Part shown: positions 62,910 to 64,000 of the stretch, in pieces
How the letters are laid out: each line of letters begins with the position of its first letter
Position numbering within the stretch: position 1 is the first letter of the stretch
Source: Lingula anatina
Lineage: Eukaryota; Animalia; Brachiopoda
Length of the DNA stretch: 64,000 bases
Direction of reading: 5' to 3'
Assembly: GCA_051362555.1 (NCBI GenBank)
Contig: CM120647.1
Location: 4,340,001-4,404,000 of the forward strand
Notes under the pieces: model-generated
What the model saw: only the letters and a program-made list of their open reading frames with translations
Told to the model about the DNA's origin: nothing
The model's database searches: none
Program-made: the position numbers and the translations under genes

Positions 62910-64000
62910 CATTTATATTATGTATGTGTGCATTTATTCCATCTAGCATAAGAAGATTAGATACAATTATAACGTCAGAAAATGAAATAGAGGGAGTGTG
63001 ATAATGATAGGATCGCTAAACGATTTTGATGGAATATAGTGACTAGACTAATCTCCTAATTCCAAAATGGCGGCACACGAAACCGAAATGTAAACACGTT
63101 CTTTGGAATTGTGCCAAATGCAGAAGAAGGTGATTTTCCTTTGTCTGTCCAGTTTATTTTTATAGTATGACATTTGTTTTTGAATGTGTTAAAATTTAAG
63201 GAAGGAACCTAACCCGCAACATATCGATTTTCTACATGTACGCCAGGCAGTATATTTTGCAATGTTCCAAGTAACTACAGCAGCAATCTCGTGTTACATC
63301 TTGAATGAATGTCGAAGTTTAATAATGGATTCTTGCGTGTATTTTTTTGTTGTTTTGAAGTTAACTGGATTAAATTTACTTCATGAAATGGCAGTGTGTG
63401 TGGTTGTGGTGCTCACAGTAAAATGACTATGGGGAATGTATTGCCTCATGTCTTGTATGAATGTCACAGTAAATAGTCTAAGAAAAAAATGGTTTAACCC
63501 GGGACTAAGTGAAAAAAAAAAGTAGTGTGTTTTTAAAAATCTAGAAAAATCCAAGTAGTGGAAAAGGTATTTTTTTGGGGAAATCAAAAATGGCCGCCAG
63601 CACAGAGATCTACAGTTGGTAGGTGCAAATTTTCTCCAGGTGGTTTCAACAAAATCTTGTTAAAATGGTACAAAATGCATAAAGGGATGTTGTGCCACTT
63701 CTCTCCAAATAAATCAAATTACCAAATTTGAAGTAAAAATTGAATAAAAAAAAAGCTCAAAAGTACATTTATGGTCTTTTACAACTTTTTGTTGTAGTGC
63801 TAGATTGGCAAGGACATAAAGACTTAAATAAAATGGTTTTAAACGAGCTGTTTATCCAATTCATACACCAAAATAAACAACATTATTTCCTACTTAAAAT
63901 GTATTGCCATCCTGTCCCTACACTTAGTTCAATGTCCTATTCTATTTGAATCTTAATCAAAAATAACTGACCAGTCAATTAATACCTAACTGTCTTCAAC

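Overview
AT-rich, microsatellite- and transposon-rich animal genomic DNA. It is probably a lophotrochozoan such as a mollusc, inferred from the GRL101-like receptor and the TE spectrum. The first host component is a tandem cluster of 5-exon genes for small secreted single-VWA-domain proteins, which the ORF track only shows in fragments: three intact copies on + (3136-6081, 7333-13346, 17219-20585) and one inverted, triply frameshifted pseudogene (25703-27550). The copies are sequence mosaics, and copy 2 has lost the last MIDAS aspartate. The second host component is a 3-kb terminal exon (44211-47219, - strand) of a C-type lectin + LDLa + LRR + degenerate 7TM (GRL101/LGR-like) receptor ending in a PDZ-type motif. 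Most of the remainder is layered mobile DNA: Tc1 elements, CAG-ended MITEs with 5-bp TSDs, Harbinger, Kolobok and MULE-type elements, an ISL2EU-like derivative, a 6.7-kb Ginger-like element nested in a Tc1 remnant and carrying further insertions, a 5.5-kb Kolobok-like element, and an L2/CR1-group LINE. All calls were made by eye and no database searches were run.
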